64,000 nucleotides of DNA from Terriglobia bacterium (GTDB taxonomy: Bacteria > Acidobacteriota > Terriglobia > 20CM-2-55-15). The stretch lies in the NCBI GenBank assembly GCA_965198225.1, contig CBDAOY010000007.1, forward strand, positions 928,001-992,000. The letters are read 5' to 3'. The translations under genes and the position numbers were made by a program. The notes below the pieces were generated by a model. It had not been told where the DNA came from, made no database searches, and saw nothing but the letters and a program-made list of their open reading frames with translations. Shown piece after piece: positions 41,446-50,717 of the stretch; positions within the stretch are counted from its first letter, which is position 1, and every line of letters starts with the position of its first letter.

Positions 41446-42271
41446 GCCGACGGAGCCTGTTTCGGCTTCCCGTCGGTGTCAATGTCCCGGGCTTATCTAT
41501 GTTCGTTGGCCGGTTTTCAGGTGACCACCATTGGCCGGTTTTGGGTGACCGCCGAGGCTAGGACATCAAACGTAGAGCCGTCGCAATCCGGGATCCAACT
41601 TTGGGTTATACACACTTGTCCGGGAGGACAACCAGGCAACTGATCCTTAAACTTCATCTGAGTGATATTCCTAGAAAGCCACAATCCAACGGGGTCATAG
41701 ACGCGCATATCGCCTTTGGCATGGTATTCAGTCTGCTGCTGCGCTGATACTGTTTTGAATACCGGAGACTCGGTCGACACGGCAGGTATCAACTCCCACT
41801 CTCGGTCCGAGTCCATCGCTACAGCCTGAGCTTGGCGTTTGTCGTTCAGCGACGCTTGGTCCCCAAAGAAGTTACGCGGGCCAAATGACTTACTGATGAC
41901 AATCAAGTTGCATTCGGCGTCCGGCATGATCGCCATTCTCCGACCGAAACCGGGCGGCGTGCGCATCGAGATTGTAAAGGCATCATATGTGCAGACTCCA
42001 CTAGGTGCTCGGGTGCCTTGGAGCACCGTCTGCCCAACCGCTAGCTCTCGATCGACAAAGACACGTTCAGCGGGGACCGGCTCCCTCTCTCTTCTCTGCG
42101 CTGAGACTGGGGACGGAGTTAGCAACAACGTACCAAGTGCTGCAACTAAAAGCGCCACGATGTAGCGGGTTCGGTTTGAAGAACGGTTTCTGAGTGTTTT
42201 CACGGCGGCCTCCTTCTTTTGGCGGGTTGAAAGCGACGTTTCCTTGAACCGCGCAGAACTGTACGAGACCG

Positions 42272-42721
42272 TTACGAGTGGCGGTAGGGGGCCGAGTTGC
42301 GGTTTATGTGCCCTTGAGCTGTGCCGTTATCGTTGCGGTATTCACTGGGCGTAATCCCGTGTTCCCGTTTGAACATCCTCGAGAAGTATCGGAGGTCTCG
42401 ATATCCGAGTTTGTATGCGATTTCAGAGACTCTCAGGTTGGTCGACCGAAGCAGTATCTCCGCGATGCTTAACTTGACTCGCAGTCGGGCTTCCCGGAAA
42501 GAACTCCCGTGCAGACGTTTGAACTCGTGAGAGAAATGATTCGGACTGACGCTGAGAAGTTCTGAAGCGTCCTCCTGGCTCAGGTTCCCGTGAGTTGATA
42601 TCAGGGCCGTGAACACTTCTTCGAGACGTTCATCGCAGTCTACAAGTTGCAGAGTGAGTTCCATGCCGGGCACCCTTGAAGGGCTATTCCTTGCACGGAG
42701 ATCCCCAGCCTGTAAGGTCAA
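42272..42721 (-). CDS. AraC-family HTH regulator (DNA-binding domain only)
   Basis: S..HFS..FK, SEIAYKLGY....FSRMFK...G.TPSEYR; start may be ATG 42664. Confidence 0.85.
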   Translation of the reverse strand: MTLQAGDLRARNSPSRVPGMELTLQLVDCDERLEEVFTALISTHGNLSQEDASELLSVSPNHFSHEFKRLHGSSFREARLRVKLSIAEILLRSTNLRVSEIAYKLGYRDLRYFSRMFKREHGITPSEYRNDNGTAQGHINRNSAPYRHS

Positions 42722-43016
42722 CAGATGGCTTAGTTAGCTTCTTGGCGGTGTCGGTGTGTCCTTGAGAAGCGCGACTAAGAATCGCGTTTGCTGAGACCTT
42801 CTGATTCCGTGGAGATTAGATATCTTGCGACACAGCCGATTGGCCGGGGTACGACCTGCCCGCTGTGGAGAAGACCCGTATTGCTGACTTTTGACCAGCC
42901 AACTTGTGGCTCCTGAAAGATCGGTTTGGCGAGAGTGGAGTTCTTCGGTGGCGGTGCGGGCACTTCAAATCTGAGAGTGTTGGGTCCACCTGCGACCTGA
43001 TAAGTGGAACAACGGC

Positions 43017-43943
43017 CTACGGACTACGGCCTACGTCTTGCCGCCTACGCACAACGTCCCGGGCATACAGCGCGGCACCGATAACGCCGGCGTCCGATCC
43101 AAGTTTTGCGGGGACGATCCGGCAGGCGTTGAAAGTCTCGGCGTAGGAGCGTCGACGGGTCTCTTCGATGGCGGGGTCGAACAACCATCGACCGGCGTTG
43201 GCTACGCCCCCGCCGATGACGATCATCTCCAGGTTCAGCGTGTTGATCAGGTTGGCGCACGCGAATCCCAGGAATTGGCCGGCCTCCTCGAGGACCCTCC
43301 TCGCCTCCGCGTTGCCCCGAGCCGCGGCCCTCACCAGGTCCTCGGCGCTCAGTTCACCGTCGGTTTTCACGCGATCGCGTGCTCGGGCGACGATCCCGGT
43401 CGCCGATGCACGGGTCTCCAGGCAGCCGCTACCGCCACAGGGGCAGGCGTAGCCGTCGGGTTCGACGACCATGTGGCCGACTTCGGCAGCATGTCCCCGG
43501 CTGCCTCCGTAGAGCTGACCGTCAAGGATCAAGCCCGAGCCGACGCCGGTACCCAGTGTCAGGCATGCCATGTACCGGACATCCGTAGCCGCGCCAACCT
43601 TGAATTCTCCCCAGGCGTTCATGTCCGCATCGTTCCGGCCGACGATCGGCAGCTGAATCCTTTCTCGGAGGAGAGCTTCCAGATTCTGTTTCACGAGGCA
43701 CGGAACGTTCGGCGAGGCTTCGATCAGCCCGGTCCTGGATCGCAACCCCGGAATGCCGATGCCGACTCCGTCGACCACGCTTTCAGCCGACAGCGTCGCC
43801 ACGAGCGACGACAGGTTCCCCAGCAGCGCGGCGATGTCGATCGCCTCGGTCGGACGACGAAGCGATTCGAGAACAACACCATCGCTGCCGACCCGTCCGG
43901 CCTTAATCGTGGTTCCCCCGATGTCGATCCCGATGTAGGACAT
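43017..43943 (-). CDS. ROK family sugar kinase (glucokinase-like)
   Basis: GIDIGGT, NDA, LGTGVGSG, EVGH, CPCGGSGCLE. Confidence 0.9.
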   Translation of the reverse strand: MSYIGIDIGGTTIKAGRVGSDGVVLESLRRPTEAIDIAALLGNLSSLVATLSAESVVDGVGIGIPGLRSRTGLIEASPNVPCLVKQNLEALLRERIQLPIVGRNDADMNAWGEFKVGAATDVRYMACLTLGTGVGSGLILDGQLYGGSRGHAAEVGHMVVEPDGYACPCGGSGCLETRASATGIVARARDRVKTDGELSAEDLVRAAARGNAEARRVLEEAGQFLGFACANLINTLNLEMIVIGGGVANAGRWLFDPAIEETRRRSYAETFNACRIVPAKLGSDAGVIGAALYARDVVRRRQDVGRSP

Positions 43944-44248
43944 AGGCGGTTCAATATACTACGTGTTACGAGTGCGACAGCCCTCGTCTTACCCGCGTTG
44001 ACTTCCCGCCGGGCCGGTCGTAACATGGCCGGCGAGGAGAGGCGTTCAGGTCGGCAATCAGCCATCAGTGTTTAGCTATCAGCTCAATCGGATGCGACTA
44101 TCATCGCGTTCCCGAAGTAGCTCTCCGCGCAACGTGTCGTCAGCTGTTCGTAAGCTGACGGGCGCAGTCAGGCTGCAGCGACCCGGCATCGGAGCTCAAC
44201 CCTCAAACGCAAGGATCAAGCGTCCGAACACCAACCCGGAGGAGAAGA

Positions 44249-44692
44249 ATGAGCGTCAAACAGATCAATCCTGAGGAGGCCAGTGGATTCATGCAGGGCG
44301 ACAAGGGGGTCCTCTACATCGACGTTCGCACGGAACCCGAGTTTGAAAACGGCCATCCGCCAAACGCGATAAACATACCGGTGGTCTTTCCCGATCCGGC
44401 GACTCGTCAGATGACCCCGAATCCGGAGTTCATGAAAGTCGTGGAAGCGCACGTCGCGAAGGACAAGCCGGTCATCGTCGGATGCCAGATGGGCGGCCGG
44501 TCACAATACGCCGGAGAATTGATGGTGGGCGCAGGCTACACCGATGTCTCCAACATGCATGGGGGATTCGGGGGCGCTCGGGACCCGATGGGACAGATCG
44601 CCGCACCCGGTTGGCTTCAGATGGAGTACCCGGTGGAGAATCGGGTGGATGAGTCGAATAGCTACGCGGGGCTGAAGAAAAGTAGCCAGTAG
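44249..44692 (+). CDS. Rhodanese-like domain protein
   Basis: IDVRTEPEF..GH, GCQMGGRS. Confidence 0.88.
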   Translation: MSVKQINPEEASGFMQGDKGVLYIDVRTEPEFENGHPPNAINIPVVFPDPATRQMTPNPEFMKVVEAHVAKDKPVIVGCQMGGRSQYAGELMVGAGYTDVSNMHGGFGGARDPMGQIAAPGWLQMEYPVENRVDESNSYAGLKKSSQ

Positions 44693-45550
44693 TCAGTAGT
44701 CAGTTGGGGTTGGCGAACCCGGCGCATCGTTTCTTTCCCGGAAGAATCTGGTCAAGAGTTTGAGTAACTGGGTCTCTGCTTTCTTTCCGGCTGCGAGGAC
44801 CTCGTCGTGGGTGATGGGGGACGCGTTTCGGTGGGCGGCGACATTGGACAGGACGGAGATAGCTGCCAGACGGATGCCCATGTGGTGGGCGACGATTGCT
44901 TCAGGGACGGTGGACATGCCGACGGCGGCGGCTCCGATCTTGCAAAGGAACTCGACTTCAGCCGGCGTTTCATACGTCGGCCCTGAAACCGCGGCGTACA
45001 CGCCTTCTCTCAGATGCACTCCCTCCAGCTCGGCTGCCCTCAGCATGCGATTCCGCAACGCTCGATCGTAGACTTCCCGTTGATCGAGGAACCGCGGTCC
45101 CCATCGTTCCTCGTTGACTCCGCGAAGAGGATTGGCGCCCAGCAGGTTGATGTGATCCGAGATCAGCATCAGGTTCCCGGGGGCGAAGTCTCGGGGTTTG
45201 AGGGAGCCGGCCGCGTTGGTCAGGACCAGTTCTTTTGTGCCGACCTTCCCGATCACGCGGATCAGGAAGGTCACCTCATCCATTCCGTACCCCTCGTAAT
45301 AGTGAATCCGCCCCGAAAAGATCCACAGATGGATTCCGCCGAGGCTGCCGAACACCAGACGGGCTGCGTGTCCCTCGACGCTGGAGGCAGGGAAGTGCGG
45401 TATGTCTCCATACGAAATCGACAACGGGCCTGGCACCAGTGTTTCCAGACCCGCGAGGCCGCTGCCGAGAACGAGCGCCGCGTCAGGTGCCTGACCCGAG
45501 CGCTCGAGTATGTATTCGGAAGCAGCTTCGACTCGTTCGTAGTTCGTCAT
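44693..45550 (-). CDS. punA: Purine-nucleoside phosphorylase (trimeric type)
   Basis: LGSGL, GRIHYYEG, TNAAG, GPTYETPAE, VGMSTVPE. Confidence 0.92.
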   Translation of the reverse strand: MTNYERVEAASEYILERSGQAPDAALVLGSGLAGLETLVPGPLSISYGDIPHFPASSVEGHAARLVFGSLGGIHLWIFSGRIHYYEGYGMDEVTFLIRVIGKVGTKELVLTNAAGSLKPRDFAPGNLMLISDHINLLGANPLRGVNEERWGPRFLDQREVYDRALRNRMLRAAELEGVHLREGVYAAVSGPTYETPAEVEFLCKIGAAAVGMSTVPEAIVAHHMGIRLAAISVLSNVAAHRNASPITHDEVLAAGKKAETQLLKLLTRFFRERNDAPGSPTPTDY

Positions 45551-45565
45551 TAGTCGTGGACCTGC

Positions 45566-45843
45566 CTAGCAGCCCGTGGCAGAACTCTGCAGGGTCGCGC
45601 GCAGGGGTCTTCGGGTTGCAGGCGCGAAGAGAGGAGCGGAGCGATGATCATTCATCGTGACCGACGAGCGACAAAGCCTGCGGGCCGACCCCCCCCTGCG
45701 CCCTTCGGGTTACGGCGAAACGGGGCCGTCTTCGTTGTCGCCGACTCCTCCCAATGAATGAGCATTGTTTCGTCCTCGCCTCCTAGAATCCGGCCCCGTT
45801 TGGCCGCAACGCGCCCCTGCAGAGTTCTGCCACGGGCTGCTAG
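45566..45843. mobile_element. MITE-like element with 29-bp perfect terminal inverted repeats including CTAG
   Basis: CTAGCAGCCCGTGGCAGAACTCTGCAGGG and its exact reverse complement; no transposase inside. Confidence 0.8.
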
Positions 45844-47045
45844 AGGAGGATGCCTGCGATCGAAGCGGTCATCAGCGTAGCCATGGTTCCCGCCAGAAGA
45901 GAACGGAGGCCGAGCCGCGCCAGGTCGTGTCTCCGGTCCGGCGCGATGCCTCCAATACCGCCGATCATGATGCCGATCGAGCCGAGGTTCGCAAAGCCCG
46001 CCAGTGCGTAAGTCGCGATCGTGACAGAACGAGGATCCAGAGCGTCCGGGTTTCTCAGCATCTCTGTCAGGCTTGAATACGCGATGAACTCGTTCAGCAC
46101 GATCTTCTGTCCCAACAGGCTTCCTACCGAAACGATGTCGGGCGCCGGTACGCCTATGATAAAAGCAACGGGGGCGAAGAGGAATCCGAGTATCTGCTGC
46201 AATGAGATCCCCGCCAGGCCCAGGACCCCGTTAGCCATCGCGATCAGAGCGACGAACGCTATCAGCATTGCCGCGACGTTCAGTGCAAGACGCAGCCCGT
46301 CGGAGGCTCCCCGCGCGACGGCATCGATCACGTTCACGTCTCCCTGATCGAGGTCGAGTTGGACATTGCCCCGCGTCTGGGGTTCTTCGGTTTCCGGATT
46401 GAGGATTTTCGCGATCACCAGCCCGGCAGGAGCGGCCATCACGCTCGCTGTCAACAGATGACCCGCGCTCACACCCATCCGGATGTATCCGGCCATCACG
46501 CCCCCGGCGATCGTGGCCATCCCCCCTGTCATCAGGGCCATCATCTCCGACTGCGTCATCCTGCCGACGAACGGCTTGACGACGAGCGGAGACTCGGTCA
46601 TTCCCATGAATACGTTGGCTGCCGCGGCCAGAGACTCCGCACCGCTTGTTCGCATGGTCTTCGACATCAGCTTCGCGAAGACGAGCACGACCTTCTGCAT
46701 GATGCCCAGATGGTAGAGCACCGTGAACAAGGCGGAAGTGAATATGATGGTCGGCAGCACCTGGAACGCGAAAACAAGGCCGAAAGTGTCGACATCGGAA
46801 GCCAGGCGCCCGAAAACAAAGATCGCTCCTGCGTCGGCGAACGACAACATTCGCGTCACCGCTCGGCTGATGTTGTCGAACACGATCACCCCGGGGGATG
46901 TCTTGAGTATGAAAACGGCGAACCCGAACTGGAGCGCCAGGCCCCAGCCTACGATTCGAAAGTCGATGGCTCTCCGATTGTTGGACAATCCGTATGCTGC
47001 CAGGAGCATCAGGAAGAGACCGCCCACGCTGATGATGTTCGTCAT
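45840..47045 (-). CDS. nupC: CNT/NupC family nucleoside transporter
   Basis: FAFQVLPTIIF, GMTESP, GGMATIAG, NEFIAY, GFANLGSIGI. Confidence 0.92.
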   Translation of the reverse strand: MTNIISVGGLFLMLLAAYGLSNNRRAIDFRIVGWGLALQFGFAVFILKTSPGVIVFDNISRAVTRMLSFADAGAIFVFGRLASDVDTFGLVFAFQVLPTIIFTSALFTVLYHLGIMQKVVLVFAKLMSKTMRTSGAESLAAAANVFMGMTESPLVVKPFVGRMTQSEMMALMTGGMATIAGGVMAGYIRMGVSAGHLLTASVMAAPAGLVIAKILNPETEEPQTRGNVQLDLDQGDVNVIDAVARGASDGLRLALNVAAMLIAFVALIAMANGVLGLAGISLQQILGFLFAPVAFIIGVPAPDIVSVGSLLGQKIVLNEFIAYSSLTEMLRNPDALDPRSVTIATYALAGFANLGSIGIMIGGIGGIAPDRRHDLARLGLRSLLAGTMATLMTASIAGILL

Positions 47046-47119
47046 TGGTTCCTCACTTGGATGAACGAATCGAATTTTAGCCCGCGCCGGGCCCGCACGA
47101 TTGTATCGCCGAACCGCGA

Positions 47120-47188
47120 GTGTAGGTGCGCTCTATGAGCGCACGTGTTTCGGTTCGAAGAGCGTGCGGTCATGGACCGCACCTACAC
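47120..47188. repeat. REP doublet (REPIN), GTAG family
   Basis: Same palindromic pair; followed by a heptamer-repeat hairpin at 47193-47261. Confidence 0.8.
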
Positions 47189-47290
47189 CGGCCAGTCATC
47201 GGCAGTCAGTTGTCAGTCAGGGTCTCTTGCTGACTACCGACTACTGACTACTGACAACTACAGGTCCGAAGGACCGGTTATAATTCCCCG

Positions 47291-47824
47291 ATGGAAGCCA
47301 GCGTCGAAGGAGTCCGAATCTCCATCACCAAAGGCGACATCACCGAAGTCGAGACCGATGCTGTTGTCAACGCGGCGAACAACCACTTCTGGATGGGTGG
47401 CGGAGTTGCCGGTGCACTGAAGCGGGCCGGTGGGGGTAACATCGAGACCGAAGCGATGAGCAAGGGGCCGGTGCCGGTCGGACAGGCTGTGGTGACCGCT
47501 GCGGGCACACTACCGGCACGCTACGTCATCCACGCGGCTGTAATGGGCCAGGACCTGGCGACAAGCAGTGACGCGATCCAGGAGGCGACGCGCAGCAGCC
47601 TCGAGCGTGCCGAAGCCCTGAAGATAAAAAGCATCGCGTTTCCCGCTTTCGGAACCGGTGTCGGCGGGTTCCCCCCTGAAGAATCGGCGGTGGCGATGAT
47701 CGGCGCGAGTGTGGACTTTCTCAAATCAGTCCCCGTCAGGCTCGAGTGCGTCGAGTTCGTTCTGTTTTCGGACGAGTTACGCCAGGCGTTCGAGAAGAAA
47801 CTGGCGGCCCTACTGCCCTCTTAG
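47291..47824 (+). CDS. Macro domain protein (ADP-ribose binding/hydrolase, YmdB-like)
   Basis: GDIT, VNAAN...GGGVAGA, VIHA, FPAFGTGVGG. Confidence 0.92.
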   Translation: MEASVEGVRISITKGDITEVETDAVVNAANNHFWMGGGVAGALKRAGGGNIETEAMSKGPVPVGQAVVTAAGTLPARYVIHAAVMGQDLATSSDAIQEATRSSLERAEALKIKSIAFPAFGTGVGGFPPEESAVAMIGASVDFLKSVPVRLECVEFVLFSDELRQAFEKKLAALLPS

Positions 47825-47870
47825 TAAAGCGCTGCGGTTCGGTTTCATGACGAGGAGGAGTGCTGAACGC

Positions 47871-48236
47871 ATGTTCTGTCCAAGCTGTGGTTCGGAATAC
47901 GTTGAAGGAATCGTCAGGTGTGCGGACTGCGATGTCGATCTCGTCGCACAGGCACCGAACGTGGAATCTGGCGCCGAACCGCTTTGTCTGGCTAGGATAT
48001 GCGGGCCGACGGACGCCCCGATGATCGAGGAATTGCTCAAGAACAACAACATCGATTCGGTCGTTCAGGGAGAGAGGTCGGCGGCTACGATTCCTGCTGC
48101 CGGTGAACTGACAGAGGTTCGGGTCTGGGTGCGCGAGCGGGACCTGGCCAGGGCAAACGAACTGATCGAAGCTTTCTTTTCCGACAACGCCGAAATTTCC
48201 GAAGATCCGAACCCGGAAGATGAGGAAGTGACTTGA
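47871..48236 (+). CDS. Zn-ribbon + DUF2007-like protein
   Basis: MFCPSCGSEY...CADCDVDL; V.V...D..RA..LI; RBS GAGGAG. Confidence 0.75.
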   Translation: MFCPSCGSEYVEGIVRCADCDVDLVAQAPNVESGAEPLCLARICGPTDAPMIEELLKNNNIDSVVQGERSAATIPAAGELTEVRVWVRERDLARANELIEAFFSDNAEISEDPNPEDEEVT

Positions 48237-48271
48237 GGACGCCATCGGACAATTTGCTAAACTGATCTGGT

Positions 48272-48406
48272 ATGGATAGTTTCACGCTAGCCGTCGTTAT
48301 CGGAGTAGTCGGCATCGTCGGAGTCCTCATCCTCCTTGTCGCGATAGACAAGGGAGCTCCGGAACCGACCGGCACCACGAAACCACGCGGTAAAAAGTCT
48401 GCCTAG
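48272..48406 (+). CDS. Putative 44-aa single-TM small protein
   Basis: MDSFTLAVVIGVVGIVGVLILLVAIDKGAPEPTGTTKPRGKKSA; extended -10 TGCTAAACT 8 nt upstream. Confidence 0.5.
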   Translation: MDSFTLAVVIGVVGIVGVLILLVAIDKGAPEPTGTTKPRGKKSA

Positions 48407-48528
48407 GGCATCGCGAACCTGACCCGTCACTCATCCCTATGACTACGGGTAGCCTGTTTCCCGGCACCAGTGACGACACTGGAATATGGCGTGTCGACAC
48501 GGCTGGCTCGGTCTATCCCTTGAATAGC

Positions 48529-49229
48529 GTAGATGAAGGCAAGTGTAGGTGCGCTCTGTGAGCGCACATCCGACGAAACAGAACAACTGTGCGGTCATAG
48601 ACCGCCCCTACACCGGCCGGTCAGCACACCCTTGCCGGACACTTGGCTGAGAGATTTCCGCGGTTGGCGGAGATGTAGGTGAAGGCAAGTGTAGGTGCGC
48701 TCTGTGAGCGCACATCCGACGAAACAGAATAATGTGCAGTCATAGACCGCCCCTACACCGGCCGGTCAGCACACCCCTGCCGGACACTTGGCCGAGAGAT
48801 TTCCGCAGTTGGCGGAGATGTAGGTGAAGGCAAGTGTAGGTGCGCTCTGTGAGCGCACATCCGACGAAACAGAACAACTGCCACTCCGATATCCGACGAA
48901 ACAGAACCTGTGCGGTCATAGACCGCCCCTACACCGGCCGGTCAGCAGACCCCTGCCGGACAACACTGGCCGAGAGATTTCCGCAGTTGGCGGAGATGTA
49001 GGTGAAGGCAAGTGTAGGTGCGCTCTGTGAGCGCACATCCGACGAAACAGAACAACTGTGCGGTCATAGACCGCCCCTACACCGGCCGGTCAGCAGACCC
49101 CTGCCGGACAACTTGGCTGAGAGATTTTCGCAATTGGCGGAGATATAGGTGAGGGCGAGTGTAGGTGCGCTCTATGAGCGCACATCCTGCGAAACAGAAC
49201 AAAGTGCGGTCATAGACCGGACCTACACC
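48529..49229. repeat. Tandem array of five REP doublets (BIME-like), period ~146 bp
   Basis: GTAGGTGCG starts at 48545, 48691, 48836, 49014, 49161; linkers conserved. Confidence 0.9.
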
Positions 49230-49378
49230 TACTGATTACTGGAATCCTCCGCCTCCTCTATCAAGGCCCGCAGTTCCTCGATCCGCCGATCCAGTTCCTT
49301 CTGCTTTCGGGACATCAACATCGTGTAGGCGAAGATGGCGACCCAGAAGACGGTATAGGCGGCGACGACCCAGCTCAT
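49229..49378 (-). CDS. ccmD: Heme exporter protein CcmD
   Basis: 49-aa TM + charged helix (AYTVFW..IFAY) overlapping the ccmC stop. Confidence 0.8.
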   Translation of the reverse strand: MSWVVAAYTVFWVAIFAYTMLMSRKQKELDRRIEELRALIEEAEDSSNQ

Positions 49379-50049
49379 TGCGACATCACCACCTGTTCGA
49401 AGTAGGCGACTTGTTGATCGGCCCGTTCGACAGCCAGGCGCTTTCTCAGCAGGAAGACGAAGAGCAGGAGAAACGCCGCCATGCTCACCGCAAGGGCCAG
49501 CGCGATCGCCGGGTCCGCCCCTGAACCATCCCCCCCCGCGATAACAGGGGCGGGATGCTGCGTGCGCCACCAGCGGATGGCCATGTAGTTGATCGGAACG
49601 TCGACGGACCCGAGAATCCCGAACACGGCCTGGAGACTCGCTCGTTTCGTGGGATCGGCGACGTAGGCTCCCAGCATCAGGTAGGAAACGAAGATGAGTG
49701 CCAGGAGCAGCTGCAGGGTCAGCCGCATGTCCCAGGTCCACCAGATTCCCCAGATCGGCTTGGCCCACAACATGCCCATCAGGATATTGGCTCCGGCAAA
49801 CACGACACCGACTTCCGCCGAGCAGTAGGCCAGGCGATCCCATTTGCTGTCCCGGCTGAACAGGAACATGATGCTCCCGACTCCGACCGTCAGGAATGCA
49901 ACGTAGGAGGTGATGCCTGCGGGCACATGGAAGTAGAAGATCCGCTGAACGATGCCCATCGTCGCTTCGGTCGGCGCGAAGATGAACGCGGCGAACATGG
50001 CCGCCGTCATGCCCACCAACGTTGCGATTCCGATAATCCGATCTGTCAT
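49375..50049 (-). CDS. ccmC: Cytochrome c biogenesis protein CcmC
   Basis: RIFYFHVP, WAKPIWGIWWTWD, WWRTQHP. Confidence 0.93.
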   Translation of the reverse strand: MTDRIIGIATLVGMTAAMFAAFIFAPTEATMGIVQRIFYFHVPAGITSYVAFLTVGVGSIMFLFSRDSKWDRLAYCSAEVGVVFAGANILMGMLWAKPIWGIWWTWDMRLTLQLLLALIFVSYLMLGAYVADPTKRASLQAVFGILGSVDVPINYMAIRWWRTQHPAPVIAGGDGSGADPAIALALAVSMAAFLLLFVFLLRKRLAVERADQQVAYFEQVVMSQ

Positions 50050-50051
50050 TG

Positions 50052-50717
50052 TTACTCTTCCACCACGTAATCGAAGAGGAGATAGGAGACGACGAAAAAG
50101 ATAATATCAAACCCGATCAGCAAGTTCATCCAGGAGGACAAGCCTTCGCCTTCGTCGGTGAGCACGGCGACAGTCGCGGCGACTGCGGCAAGAATCATCG
50201 GTAACGTCAACGGGATCTGAAGAACCGGAAGCATCACCTCGCTCATGCGGGTGTTCGAAGAAATCACCGACAGAATCGTTCCGACAGTCGCAAAACCGAA
50301 CGTTCCCAGTACCGCAATCAGGACGAGCCAGAGTATTTCTGTTTCGAGTCTAAGGTCGTAGAAGACGATGAACAGCGGCAGAATTACAGCGTCGGCGACG
50401 AGCATGAAAAGAAAATTGCTCAAAACCTTGCCGATGTAGAGGTTTCCCCGACTCACCGGCGCCAGGAGCAGTCCCTGCAGGGAGTCGTTGTCCAGGTCGA
50501 TCGCAAGAGAGCGGTTCAGGCCGATCATGCCGGCGAAAATCAGGGCAACCCACAGGACCCCCGGCGCGATAAACAGGCTCTGAGCCCCGCTCGGTTCGAA
50601 TGCAAAGTTGAAGATCACCGTGACCAGAAGTCCGAACATCATCATCGACGTTACGGATTCCTTCCTTCGGAGTTCAACGGCGACGTCTTTGGCGACCAGA
50701 GCTAGAAGCTGCTTCAT
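50052..50717 (-). CDS. ccmB: Heme exporter permease CcmB
   Basis: KD...ELR, GVLW, LP.L..P; multi-TM; synteny. Confidence 0.9.
   Translation of the reverse strand: MKQLLALVAKDVAVELRRKESVTSMMMFGLLVTVIFNFAFEPSGAQSLFIAPGVLWVALIFAGMIGLNRSLAIDLDNDSLQGLLLAPVSRGNLYIGKVLSNFLFMLVADAVILPLFIVFYDLRLETEILWLVLIAVLGTFGFATVGTILSVISSNTRMSEVMLPVLQIPLTLPMILAAVAATVAVLTDEGEGLSSWMNLLIGFDIIFFVVSYLLFDYVVEE

Larger units (their letters stand above)
39004..41557 (-). mobile_element. IS21 family insertion sequence (2554 bp) with 6-bp TSD CTAGGA
   Basis: Terminal IRs CCTCAGTGGTCAC / GTGACCGCCGAGG with internal repeated AAAACCGGCCAA; TSD at 38998-39003 and 41558-41563. Confidence 0.93.
38750..42203 (-). pseudogene. Cys-rich secreted protein (297 aa when restored) interrupted by IS21
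   Basis: Removing 39004-41557 and one CTAGGA copy joins ...STFDVL to DCHIG... in frame; signal peptide; RBS AAGGAGG. Confidence 0.8.
36532..43028. other. Accessory island bracketed by a perfect 20-bp inverted repeat
   Basis: CGTAGTCCGTAGGCCGTTGT (36532-36551) and its reverse complement (43009-43028); non-housekeeping, visibly more AT-rich cargo. Confidence 0.6.

Noticed and set aside
47291-48236. Macro domain gene as part of a DarTG-like toxin-antitoxin or defence system
   Set aside because: No ADP-ribosyltransferase or other toxin adjacent; it looks like a stand-alone YmdB-type protein.
48529-49229. CRISPR array
   Set aside because: Linkers are near-identical rather than unique spacers, the period is ~146 bp, there are no cas genes, and the units match the dispersed REP family.
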